The notes below the pieces were generated by a model. It did not search any database. It saw nothing but the letters and a program-made list of their open reading frames with translations, and had not been told where the DNA came from. Both the position numbers and the translations under genes were made by a program. Shown in pieces: positions 24,685-33,365 of a stretch of 33,488 nt of DNA (positions within the stretch are counted from its first letter, which is position 1; each line of letters starts with the position of its first letter). Source of the stretch: Candidatus Micrarchaeota archaeon (GTDB taxonomy: Archaea; Micrarchaeota; Micrarchaeia; Micrarchaeales; CABMGC01); contig JASHTL010000098.1 of NCBI GenBank assembly GCA_030040595.1, positions 1 to 33,488 on the forward strand, written 5' to 3'.

Positions 24685-26625
24685 TTGAGCGATGAAAGTG
24701 AGAACAAGGAGATTGTAGATAAGATAAAAGAGCTTGTTCCAAAGGAAGCGGCGCTTTCCAAGGTCGAGTACGAGGGTCCTGACATAGCGATATATGTCAA
24801 GAACATATCATACCTCTACGGCGACGAGAGCATAATAAAGAACATCAGCGCGGCTGTGAAGAAGAGGCTCATTGTCAGGTCAGACCCTTCATCGCTCACA
24901 GACCAGGAGGATGCTGCAAAGAAGATACGCGAGATAGTGCCTGCCGAGGCAGGCGTGGGCGAGGAGGGCATAAGGTTCATGCCAGAGTTCTGCGAGGTCT
25001 ACATAGAGGCGCTCAAGCCCGGCCTTGTCATAGGCAAGGGCGGAACAACGCTCATGAGGATAGTAAAGGAGACGAACTGGGTGCCCAAGGTGCTCAGGAC
25101 CCCTACGATGAACAGCGATGTGATAAAAGGGGTGAGGCAGATGCTCTTCAAGGAGAGCGACTTCAGGAAGAAATTCCTCGGAGGCATAGGCAAGAAGATA
25201 AACCAGCAAGCTGTCAAGAGCGACTGGGTCAAGGCGACTGCGCTCGGCGGCTTCAAGGAAGTGGGGAGGAGCAGCCTGCTCATAGAGACTAACCACTCCA
25301 AGATACTCATTGACTGCGGGATAAGCCCGGAGCCGGGCATAAAGGGAGCGGAGGCGAACACCGGCACGGAGAACAAGGCATTTCCCTATCTCGACAGCGC
25401 CAACATAACGATAAACGACATCGACGCAGTGATACTTACGCATGCGCACATGGACCACATGGGATTCGTTCCGTACCTCTTCAAGTTCGGTTATACCGGG
25501 CCAGTCTACTGCACGCCTCCGACGAGGGACCTTGCGGCGCTGCTTCTCTATGATTACAACAGGCTTGTGCAGAAGGGCGGCGGAGTTCCGCTCTACGGCG
25601 AGAAGGACATACGCTCCATGCTCATGCACATGATAACGAGGGATTACGGCGAGGTTACGAATGTCACTGACGAGATAAAGCTCACGTACCACAACGCGGG
25701 CCACATACTCGGCAGCGGCACGGTGCATCTGCACATAGGCGAAGGACTTTACAACATAGTGGACACTGGCGATTTCAAGTACGGCTTCACCAGGCTCTTC
25801 GATCAGGCCGATACTAGGTATCCGAGGATAGACGCGCTCTTCATGGAGAGCACCTACGGCGGCCCGAAGGACATAACGCAGAACAGACGCGATGCCGAGA
25901 TAGAACTCATGGAGAACATAAAGAGGACAATAGAGAACGGCGGAAAGGTGCTGGTTCCTCTTTTCTCAGTGGGAAGGAGCCAGGAACTGATGCTGGTCCT
26001 CGAGAGCTACATAGCGAACAACCCGAGGTACAAGATGGAAGTCCCGATATACCTGGACGGCATGATACTGGAAGCGAGCGCGATACACACAGCTTACCCG
26101 GAATATCTGCGGACCAGCCTGCAGCACAGGATACTCAGCAACAACTCGCCTTTCGAGAGCGAGATCTTCGAGATAGCGAAGGGCGAGCGCCAGAGCATAC
26201 TCGACAAGGGTCCTTCAGTGATACTCGCAAGCGGAGGAATGCTTAACGGAGGCGCAAGCCTTGAGTACTTCAAGGCGCTGGCAGCTGACCAGAGGAACAT
26301 GGTCATATTCGTAGGTTACAACAGCGTAAGCTCGCTGGGAAGGAGGGTCCAGAACGGCCTCGCAGAGGTTGCGCTCCCCGGCGAGGACGGCAAGCTTGTC
26401 AACGAGAAGATAGCGATGCAGATAAGGACCGTGGAGGGTTTCTCGGGTCACAGCGACAGGCGGGAGCTCATGCGGTTCGTGGACAATCTGAGGCCATTCA
26501 CAAGGAGGATATTCACAATGCACGGCGAGGAATCGAAGTGCGAGGACCTTGCAAGAACATTGGGCAGCAAGATGCGCGTCGAGGCGCGTGCCCCTATGGA
26601 CCTAGATTCCATGCGGCTCAAGTGA
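24685..26625 (+). CDS. aCPSF1: archaeal CPSF1 homologue (two KH domains + metallo-beta-lactamase/beta-CASP ribonuclease; aCPSF1/FttA type)
   Basis: KH GxxG motif (VIGKGGTTLMRI), HAHMDHMG (HxHxDH) and beta-CASP region. 646 aa. The ORF opens with TTG immediately after an in-frame TGA, and the conserved N-terminus precedes the first ATG, so a TTG start is required. Confidence 0.95.
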   Translation: MSDESENKEIVDKIKELVPKEAALSKVEYEGPDIAIYVKNISYLYGDESIIKNISAAVKKRLIVRSDPSSLTDQEDAAKKIREIVPAEAGVGEEGIRFMPEFCEVYIEALKPGLVIGKGGTTLMRIVKETNWVPKVLRTPTMNSDVIKGVRQMLFKESDFRKKFLGGIGKKINQQAVKSDWVKATALGGFKEVGRSSLLIETNHSKILIDCGISPEPGIKGAEANTGTENKAFPYLDSANITINDIDAVILTHAHMDHMGFVPYLFKFGYTGPVYCTPPTRDLAALLLYDYNRLVQKGGGVPLYGEKDIRSMLMHMITRDYGEVTNVTDEIKLTYHNAGHILGSGTVHLHIGEGLYNIVDTGDFKYGFTRLFDQADTRYPRIDALFMESTYGGPKDITQNRRDAEIELMENIKRTIENGGKVLVPLFSVGRSQELMLVLESYIANNPRYKMEVPIYLDGMILEASAIHTAYPEYLRTSLQHRILSNNSPFESEIFEIAKGERQSILDKGPSVILASGGMLNGGASLEYFKALAADQRNMVIFVGYNSVSSLGRRVQNGLAEVALPGEDGKLVNEKIAMQIRTVEGFSGHSDRRELMRFVDNLRPFTRRIFTMHGEESKCEDLARTLGSKMRVEARAPMDLDSMRLK

Positions 26626-26636
26626 GCATGCATGCT

Positions 26637-27614
26637 TCAGAATGTCTCCAGCTTGGGCCACTCGATGTACATTCTTGACTCATCCTTCTCGGTGGCGAAC
26701 GTTATCGAGCTCATCCTGCTGTAGGCCAGGACCGCTATGTCGGCGAACGCGATGGCCGCTACAACGAGCGTGTATTCTACTCCTGCAGTCAGGTACTCAT
26801 AGCTGAATGATAAGAGCGCCAGGACGGCTACCAGTATGCCGAGGTAGAACGCCTTCTTCGAGCCGAAGATCACAGCCATTCCCGATATCAGCAACAGAAA
26901 CGCGATGGAGATGTCCATGAAAAGGAATGGATAAGCGTAGGCCGTTGATGCCAATATGCCGATGAGCGAACCCAGGTTTCCGACTATCGTCGACGCCTGC
27001 AGAGCAGGCAGTTTGGCGGCAGTGACATGGGAGTTTAATGTTCTTAGGAAGTATTGCATGTTCGCGCTGGTGAATGCCGTAAGTATGAGAGCATTCAGCA
27101 CAAGCACAGCGCCTGCAAATACGGTCATTACGCCAACAGAATATTTCACAACCATGCCGCCTGATGCCCGGTCTATGTCCTCCAGGCAGTAAAAGTTCTT
27201 GCTGTATGTTATCAGGTCTGCATAGCAGAACGGCCTCCTGCAGAGGTTGCAGACCGCATAGGCGTTGCGCCACTGGTGGTTGAGGCACTTAAGGCCCTTC
27301 GCCGCGGCGATGTTGTCCCTACCGCTCCTGCTTATCGATTTAGGCTCAGGTTCCGGGTTCTCTTCATATGCCTCCGGCTGGATGCTCTTGTAAGTACTAG
27401 ATTGCTGCTGTTCAGCCTTAGGCTTCTCTTCAGTTTTCTGAGCCTGCTGCTCCGTCGCCCCAGTTTCCTGTTTTCCAGATCCTTTCGCCTCAGGTTCCGG
27501 CTTGGGAGCCGAGAGGAGTTTTTCCTGGCTGGGGACTTGGAGCTCGTTCTCATCAGTTCCGTGTCTCTTGAAGATCAGGAGGTCATCCGGATCTACAGCC
27601 AAATACCCACCCAA
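26637..27614 (-). CDS. membrane protein with an N-terminal low-complexity linker and a B-box-type zinc finger
   Basis: CLNHQWRNAYAVCNLCRRPFCYADL fits the prokaryotic B-box pattern (CxxH...CxxC..fC). It is preceded by an E/K/Q/P-rich stretch and followed by about 5 hydrophobic helices. Confidence 0.75.
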   Translation of the reverse strand: MGGYLAVDPDDLLIFKRHGTDENELQVPSQEKLLSAPKPEPEAKGSGKQETGATEQQAQKTEEKPKAEQQQSSTYKSIQPEAYEENPEPEPKSISRSGRDNIAAAKGLKCLNHQWRNAYAVCNLCRRPFCYADLITYSKNFYCLEDIDRASGGMVVKYSVGVMTVFAGAVLVLNALILTAFTSANMQYFLRTLNSHVTAAKLPALQASTIVGNLGSLIGILASTAYAYPFLFMDISIAFLLLISGMAVIFGSKKAFYLGILVAVLALLSFSYEYLTAGVEYTLVVAAIAFADIAVLAYSRMSSITFATEKDESRMYIEWPKLETF

Positions 27615-27620
27615 CCATGA

Positions 27621-27884
27621 TCAGTACCCCCTGGCTGCAGCCCGCTGCGCCTGCTGCTTCTTCTTCTCGAATATGCCCCTGTGCTTTGCACAGCTTATGC
27701 AGTAGTATACCTTCCTCGAGGTAAAGAACCTTATGTTTCCCTCGTTGGCGTCAGTGCCGAGGTTTATCCTCTTCTCTTCGGTTATGGCCTTGTTCCTTGG
27801 CACCATTCTGCCGCAGCTATCGCAATGTACAGGCGGCTCTCGTCCTCTCATTATTGCACCGTTGTAGGCTGGTTGTGGATTCAT
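27621..27884 (-). CDS. rps26e: ribosomal protein S26e (eS26)
   Basis: VHCDSCGRMVPRNKAI and YYCISCAKHRGI correspond to the two conserved CxxC knuckles of eS26. Basic C-terminus. 87 aa. An alternative start lies at 27851. Confidence 0.8.
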   Translation of the reverse strand: MNPQPAYNGAIMRGREPPVHCDSCGRMVPRNKAITEEKRINLGTDANEGNIRFFTSRKVYYCISCAKHRGIFEKKKQQAQRAAARGY

Positions 27885-27982
27885 AGGATCTTACCTCTAT
27901 ATATATCTATACTATACCTACGACGTTACGGTATACTGAGCGCGCCGAATGCCTTTTAAGGCTTGGCGGAATATATAGCAGC

Positions 27983-28288
27983 ATGGATCCTGAGTGCAGG
28001 ACTCTCACCAACGAGCTCATACCTGGGGTCAGGGCCTGCCTTGCACAGCTGATGAGAAGCAAGTATGGGATGACGCAGCAGGAGATAGCGAACAAGCTGG
28101 GGATAGCGCAGGTGGCGGTCAGCAAGTACGTGAACATGAAATATTCTGCCGCTGTGGCCAAGGCTGCAAGAAAGGTTTCGAAGAGCATCTCCGATTCCGA
28201 TTTCACGCAGGAGATAATAAAGAGCAAGAGCCCTGACGAGGCAAACAGGAAGATTGAAAGGTTTTGCGAAGAGCACCTTTATGCGTAA
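27983..28288 (+). CDS. helix-turn-helix transcriptional regulator (XRE-like, COG2522-type)
   Basis: LIPGVRACLAQLMRSKYGMTQQEIANKLGIAQVAVSKYVNMKYS is an HTH of the small archaeal regulator type. TATA-like CCTTTTAAGG lies about 25 nt upstream of the ATG, suggesting a leaderless mRNA. Confidence 0.75.
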   Translation: MDPECRTLTNELIPGVRACLAQLMRSKYGMTQQEIANKLGIAQVAVSKYVNMKYSAAVAKAARKVSKSISDSDFTQEIIKSKSPDEANRKIERFCEEHLYA

Positions 28289-28297
28289 CGTGGTTTT

Positions 28298-29563
28298 ATG
28301 ACAACAGAAGAATTGGATCCGTTCAAGATATCGCAGGAGCAGCTTGACACAGCAGCAGGCATAATGAAACTTGACCCGGCTGCACACGCGCTGCTCAGGG
28401 AGCCGATGCAGACGCTTACAGTGAACATACCTGTGAAGATGCGTGACGGCAAGACGAGGACCTTCCAGGGATTCAGGGTGCATTACAACACAGCACGCGG
28501 TCCGGCAAAAGGAGGCATAAGGTATCATCCCCAGGAGAACATCTCTACCGTTAAGGCGCTGGCAGCATGGATGACATGGAAGTGCTCTCTTGCAGACATA
28601 CCTCTCGGCGGAGGAAAGGGCGGCGTGATATGCGACCCCAAATCAATGAACGACGAGGAGCTTGAGAACCTCTCGCGCGCGTACGTAAGGTCGATAGGCA
28701 GGTTCATCGGACCGAAGGTTGACGTGCCTGCGCCAGACGTATACACCACGCCGCAGATAATGGCGTGGATGATGGACGAGTACAGCAAGCTCGAGGGCCA
28801 TGACGAATTCGGTGTAATAACCGGCAAGCCTGTCGAGGTATGGGGATCCCAGGGTAGGTTTGACTCCACGGCGCTTGGAGCGATGTTTGTGCTAAGAGAG
28901 GCCGCGAAATTGCACAAGATAAACATGAAGAATGCAAAAGTTGCAATACAGGGATTCGGCAATGCGGGAGGCTTCGCATTCGAGCTCGTGAAGAAGCTCG
29001 GCGCGAAGGTAGTAGCGATCAGCGACTCTTCAGGAGGCGTCTACTCAAAGGCAGGGCTGGATTACCAGAAACTCTCGGAGCAGAAGAAAAAGACCGGAGA
29101 GCTGAGCGGCATAAAAGGCGTGGAGAAGCTCACAAACGAGGAATTGCTGGAACTTGACGTGGATGTGCTTATTCCTGCAGCGCTGGAGAACCAGATAACC
29201 GGTGCAAACGCTGACAGGCTGAAGGCCAGGATGGTCCTGGAGCTAGCAAACGGGCCAGTAACTCCCGAGGCAGACCGCATACTCTTCGAGAAGAAGGTGC
29301 CAGACTACCCTGACTTCCTTGTAAACTCTGGAGGGGTCATAGTCTCGTATTTCGAGTGGGCCCAGAACACGCAGAACTGGTACTGGACCGAGGACGAGGT
29401 CAACAAGAAACTGGAAGGGATCATGGTAAGGTCATTCAACAGCGTGATAGACACGCAGGCAAAATTCGCAAAGCAGGGAGCTAGGATAAGTCCAAGGATG
29501 GGCGCATACATAGTCGCTGTTGACAGGGTTGCGAAGGCCATGAAGGCCCGCGGATGGTACTAG
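28298..29563 (+). CDS. gdhA: glutamate dehydrogenase
   Basis: KGGIRYHP, PLGGGKGGV (catalytic Lys region) and GFGNAGG dinucleotide fold. 421 aa. Confidence 0.95.
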   Translation: MTTEELDPFKISQEQLDTAAGIMKLDPAAHALLREPMQTLTVNIPVKMRDGKTRTFQGFRVHYNTARGPAKGGIRYHPQENISTVKALAAWMTWKCSLADIPLGGGKGGVICDPKSMNDEELENLSRAYVRSIGRFIGPKVDVPAPDVYTTPQIMAWMMDEYSKLEGHDEFGVITGKPVEVWGSQGRFDSTALGAMFVLREAAKLHKINMKNAKVAIQGFGNAGGFAFELVKKLGAKVVAISDSSGGVYSKAGLDYQKLSEQKKKTGELSGIKGVEKLTNEELLELDVDVLIPAALENQITGANADRLKARMVLELANGPVTPEADRILFEKKVPDYPDFLVNSGGVIVSYFEWAQNTQNWYWTEDEVNKKLEGIMVRSFNSVIDTQAKFAKQGARISPRMGAYIVAVDRVAKAMKARGWY

Positions 29564-30417
29564 ACGATCCTAAGCACGTCATCAAGGCCGCGCTTGTCGC
29601 GGACTCTGGGCAGTTCCTCGAAAACCTCCCTTGCCTGGTCTAACGAGTCTACAGATGCAAGGTGCTTCAGCTCTGCAGCCGTGGGCCAGCGTCCTAGCCG
29701 CTTGTGTATCACATATTCGAGTATAATGCTTAGGGCACTGAGGACTATGGCAAGATTCTGCTCAGGGGTTTGGCGCGCCATGGCAACAGCCTTGCGGCCA
29801 GTGTAGATCATATCATCGTCGGATGACAGTCTCTTCAAGAAACGGATATCGAGTTGCGACGAGAGTCTGTCGCTTATAGGCAGGACGTGGTCGTAGCCGA
29901 CTGCAACCAGTATGGCAGTATAGCCTTTCGCCGATAACTGCCTGACGCTGTTTGCCATTCTTACCTCGCGCGGGTTGTTGGTCATATTGTATAGGGCCAG
30001 CGTGCGTGCCATATGTCCTATTAGCTCGTCGAAGTCGCTTATAGCTACCAACTTGCTTTCAGCCCTTTCGATCCTATCGTACAATGGTTTGGGATTTTCA
30101 GGGTTGTAGTCTATAGGGAAGACGGATATGCCACCCTTCGCGACGCTCTTCGCAGTCCTGAGCAGACCGCGGACGTGTGGCACATACTCCGGTAGTACGT
30201 AGTCCAGGATTAGCTCTTCAGTGCCCCTGTCTAGCGAGCCTATTCGTAGAAAATGTTGCCTGTGGTTCCTGTCAGTTTCCAGCGCCAATGCAATCCTGCT
30301 TTTGGAGACCCTGCGCGCCAGGATTTCCACGCTATCTCTTACTTCCACTGCATCGTGTACCCTGCCGTGGTCTAGGGGGAACATGTAGGCCCTAGACCTT
30401 GCCGTTTGGTAGGCCAT
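29560..30417 (-). CDS. hypothetical protein, possibly TraB/PrgY (Tiki superfamily, COG1916-like)
   Basis: HGRVHDAVEVRDSVEILARRV (GxxH), RIALALETDRNH, and REVRMANSVRQLSAKGYTAILVAVGYDHVLPI parallel the TraB motifs GTAHVS, VAVELD..R and RD.yMa..L....vvAVVGaGHv.GI. This is a by-eye comparison only. Confidence refers to the CDS; the family call is about 0.35. Confidence 0.7.
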   Translation of the reverse strand: MAYQTARSRAYMFPLDHGRVHDAVEVRDSVEILARRVSKSRIALALETDRNHRQHFLRIGSLDRGTEELILDYVLPEYVPHVRGLLRTAKSVAKGGISVFPIDYNPENPKPLYDRIERAESKLVAISDFDELIGHMARTLALYNMTNNPREVRMANSVRQLSAKGYTAILVAVGYDHVLPISDRLSSQLDIRFLKRLSSDDDMIYTGRKAVAMARQTPEQNLAIVLSALSIILEYVIHKRLGRWPTAAELKHLASVDSLDQAREVFEELPRVRDKRGLDDVLRIV

Positions 30418-30467
30418 AGAATTTTAGATGTCCCAGTGAAGGTATATTATTATTTTGTTTGAACCGC

Positions 30468-32195
30468 TTACTTCTTGAAGAACTTTACAACCTGATCGTA
30501 TCCAAGCGTGTTTATCACGTCGCTCTTTGTTAGCCAACCGCGCCTCGCCGTGCCTATCCCGTACCTCAGAAGCTCGAAGTTCGAAATGCTGTGCGAATCA
30601 GTGTCTATCGAGAACTTCAGGCCGTACTTCCTGGCCTTGAATATGTTCTCGTCGCTCAGGTCAAGCCTTTCAGGGAGCGCATCGATCTCCATCACTACAT
30701 TGTTATCCTTTGCAGACTCGAAGACCTTCTCAAGATCCACGTTTATAGGAGCCCTTCCGTTGATCAGCCTGTCCGTGGGGTGCGCCCATATGCTTACGTA
30801 TCCGGTCTCGAACGCCTTTATTATCCGCTTGGTCATCTCCTCCCTGCCCATGGAGAGGCTCGTGTGGATGCTACCGAGCGTGTAGTCCATCCTGTCCATG
30901 GTCTTGTCGCTCAGGTCAAGGCTCCCGTCCTTGAGGATGTCTATCTCCGCGCTTTTCAGGATCTTTATGCCCTCTGCCTTCTCCTGGAATCTTTCCAGTT
31001 CATCGAGGTGCTTGGCGAACTGCTTGTCGTCCATGCCGTTCGCTATCCGTTCGCTCTTGGAATGGTCGCTGATGCCTATGTAGCTCCTTCCAAGGCGCCT
31101 TGCGGCATCGGCCATCTCCGCAATTGTGTTGTCGCCGTCGCTGTGGTTCGTGTGCACATGGAAATCGCCTTTAATGTCTTCAATCTGCACCAGTTTTGGC
31201 AGATTGTGAGCTGTCGCAATGTCTATCTCCCCGTGATCCTCGCGCATCTCAGGCGGCATTGTGTCCATGCCCAATGCCTCGTATATTTCCTCTTCAGTTC
31301 TTCCCGCAACGCTCTTGCCTTTCCTGTCGAAAAGGCCATATTCGTTCAGTTTGTATCCTTTCCTTATCGCTATCTCGCGCAGTTTGACGTTATGATCCTT
31401 GTTTCCTGTGAAGTACTGCAGCGCTGCGCCAAAGCTCTTGTCCTCGACAACGCGAACGTCGCACGTCAGGCCTATCCCTAGGAGAACTGTTGTCTTCGTA
31501 GGACCTGCGACGATAATCCGCTCAACCTCAGGCAGCTTTGTAAAGAACTCCATGACTGGTTCGCTCTTCTTGGCAGTCACAAGTATGTCAAGGTCGCCCA
31601 CAGTCTCTTTCATCCTCCTTGTAGACCCGCTGATTATCACCTTCTCCACAAGCCCAGATTTCTGGAGTTTCTTTGCTATCGTTTCTGCTTCAGGGAGAGC
31701 TGTTCCGAGGAGCATCCTGCCCTTGCTTGCCTCGAACTGTGCGATCCCTTTAGATATCTCTTCCTCGCTCTTTGCCCCGAATCCCTCGAGCTCGCGTATC
31801 CTGTGCTTCTCCACCGCCTTTTTGAGGTCCGCAACGTTCTTTACGCCAAGGCTCTCATAGAGCCTGAAGACGCTCTTTGCGCCTATGCCTTGTATCTTGG
31901 TCAGGTTGGTGAAGTCGATGGGGTATCTCTTCTTAAGATCGTCGTACTTTGCCATCTTTCCGGTCTTGATGAATTCCTCTATGGCACCGGCAGTGCTCTT
32001 TCCAATGCCCGGGAGCTCCATGAGTTCTGCGAGTCCGCCCTTTTTGTAAAGGTCTGCTACATCTTCCTGCAGGCTCTCTATGGTCTGCGCAGCCTTCCTG
32101 TACGCGAGGACCTCGAACTTCCTGTCCGCATTCTTGTCGAGCGTCAGCATATCGGCTATTTCGTAGAACAGTACCGCTATCCGCTGGTTGTACAT
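30468..32195 (-). CDS. polX: PolX-family DNA polymerase with C-terminal PHP domain
   Basis: N-terminal IAVLFYEIADMLTL, HhH GIGKSTAG / IQGIGAKS, catalytic GDLDILV and PHP HVHTNHSDG. The track ORF extends to 32558 through non-homologous sequence. In-frame ATGs occur at 32210, 32201 and 32195. A minus-strand TATA-like CTTATTA at 32219-32225 favours a leaderless start at 32195. Confidence 0.93.
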   Translation of the reverse strand: MYNQRIAVLFYEIADMLTLDKNADRKFEVLAYRKAAQTIESLQEDVADLYKKGGLAELMELPGIGKSTAGAIEEFIKTGKMAKYDDLKKRYPIDFTNLTKIQGIGAKSVFRLYESLGVKNVADLKKAVEKHRIRELEGFGAKSEEEISKGIAQFEASKGRMLLGTALPEAETIAKKLQKSGLVEKVIISGSTRRMKETVGDLDILVTAKKSEPVMEFFTKLPEVERIIVAGPTKTTVLLGIGLTCDVRVVEDKSFGAALQYFTGNKDHNVKLREIAIRKGYKLNEYGLFDRKGKSVAGRTEEEIYEALGMDTMPPEMREDHGEIDIATAHNLPKLVQIEDIKGDFHVHTNHSDGDNTIAEMADAARRLGRSYIGISDHSKSERIANGMDDKQFAKHLDELERFQEKAEGIKILKSAEIDILKDGSLDLSDKTMDRMDYTLGSIHTSLSMGREEMTKRIIKAFETGYVSIWAHPTDRLINGRAPINVDLEKVFESAKDNNVVMEIDALPERLDLSDENIFKARKYGLKFSIDTDSHSISNFELLRYGIGTARRGWLTKSDVINTLGYDQVVKFFKK

Positions 32196-32310
32196 AGTCA
32201 TAACTTGCATGCCAATGGTAATAAGGTTTTGCGCAATAGGACAACGAATCGGTGCAGGCTTTCTAGAAAGGTATATAATGATGACATACCAAATAGAGCT
32301 AGGCGATTTT

Positions 32311-33363
32311 ATGGCATTCGGCATGTATGACCAGACTCTTTCACAGAACCAGAGCCTGAAGGATGAATACGAACTCTTTAAACCAAGGATAGCTGTTGTT
32401 GGAGTTGGTGGCGGTGGCAATAATACGGTGCACAGGCTTAGCGGCATGGACATAAAGGGAGCTGCTCTCTTCGCATTCAACACAGATGCAAAGCAATTGG
32501 GCATGCTTAGCCCGAGCATCTCGAAGCTTATGCTTGGACGGCAGATAACGCACGGCATGGGTGCAGGCGGCTACCCTGAAGTGGGAGAAAAAGCGGCAGA
32601 GCTCTCCAGGAGCGAGATCGAGGTTCTCGTCAGGGACACCAACCTTGCATTTCTAACCGCAGGAATGGGCGGAGGCACTGGCACTGGTGCAGCGCCTGTG
32701 GTTGCGAGAGTCATAAAGGACAGCGGGGCAATAGTTGTTGGAATTGTTACCATACCCTTTTCGTTGGAGAGAGTGAGACTTGATACTGCAAGGAGGGGCA
32801 TAGAGAAGCTCAGGAAGAATATAGACACGCTCATAGTGATAGACAACCAGAAGCTGGTGCAGCTCTATCCCAACCTGCCGATAGAGAAGACCTTCGCACT
32901 GGCTGACGAGATAACTGCAAAGGCCGTACGCGGGATAACCGAGGCAATCACGCAGCCGAGCCTGATAAACACCGACTTTGCCGATGTCAGGACAATAATG
33001 TCTGCTGGAGGGCTTGCAATGATAAGCGTCGGGTTCGGACAAGGAGCCGACAGGGTGCAGGAGGTTGTCAAGAGCACGCTGAAGAACAAGCTGCTGGATG
33101 TCGATTATTCAAACGCATCAGGAATACTTCTTCATATAACGGGAGGCCCGGACATGACGCTGGGTGACGCAAACCAGATAGGATCGCTGCTCACAGAGAG
33201 TGCAGCGCCTAACGCAAACGTCATCTGGGGCGCGAGACTCGATCCAGCTTACGCAGGAAAGGTTGAAGTGATAGCAATATTCACGGGTGTTTCAGGAAGC
33301 TCGCTTGTCTCTTCAAAATCGTCAGGACCGGAGGACACGGGACTGGGAATTCCTACGATATAG
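32311..33363 (+). CDS. ftsZ: cell division protein FtsZ (second paralogue, canonical motifs)
   Basis: GVGGGGNNTVHRL, GMGGGTGTGAAPVVA and NTDFADVRTIM. The track ORF starts at 32188, inside the polX region. Plausible starts are 32278 or 32311. TATA-like GTATATAA at 32271-32278 favours 32311. Confidence 0.93.
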   Translation: MAFGMYDQTLSQNQSLKDEYELFKPRIAVVGVGGGGNNTVHRLSGMDIKGAALFAFNTDAKQLGMLSPSISKLMLGRQITHGMGAGGYPEVGEKAAELSRSEIEVLVRDTNLAFLTAGMGGGTGTGAAPVVARVIKDSGAIVVGIVTIPFSLERVRLDTARRGIEKLRKNIDTLIVIDNQKLVQLYPNLPIEKTFALADEITAKAVRGITEAITQPSLINTDFADVRTIMSAGGLAMISVGFGQGADRVQEVVKSTLKNKLLDVDYSNASGILLHITGGPDMTLGDANQIGSLLTESAAPNANVIWGARLDPAYAGKVEVIAIFTGVSGSSLVSSKSSGPEDTGLGIPTI

Positions 33364-33365
33364 GG

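Noticed and set aside
24889-25734. 281-codon ORF antisense to the aCPSF1 gene
   Set aside because: Arg/His/Leu/Val-rich antisense artefact. The sense frame carries the complete KH and HxHxDH beta-CASP motifs.
30591-31481. 296-codon ORF antisense to polX
   Set aside because: Same antisense artefact. polX motifs are continuous on the minus strand.
32211-32558. N-terminal 116-121 codon extension of the polX track ORF, and the 32188-32277 extension of the ftsZ track ORF
   Set aside because: The extensions overlap each other on opposite strands, have odd composition and precede the point where family homology starts. They are most likely non-coding promoter DNA.
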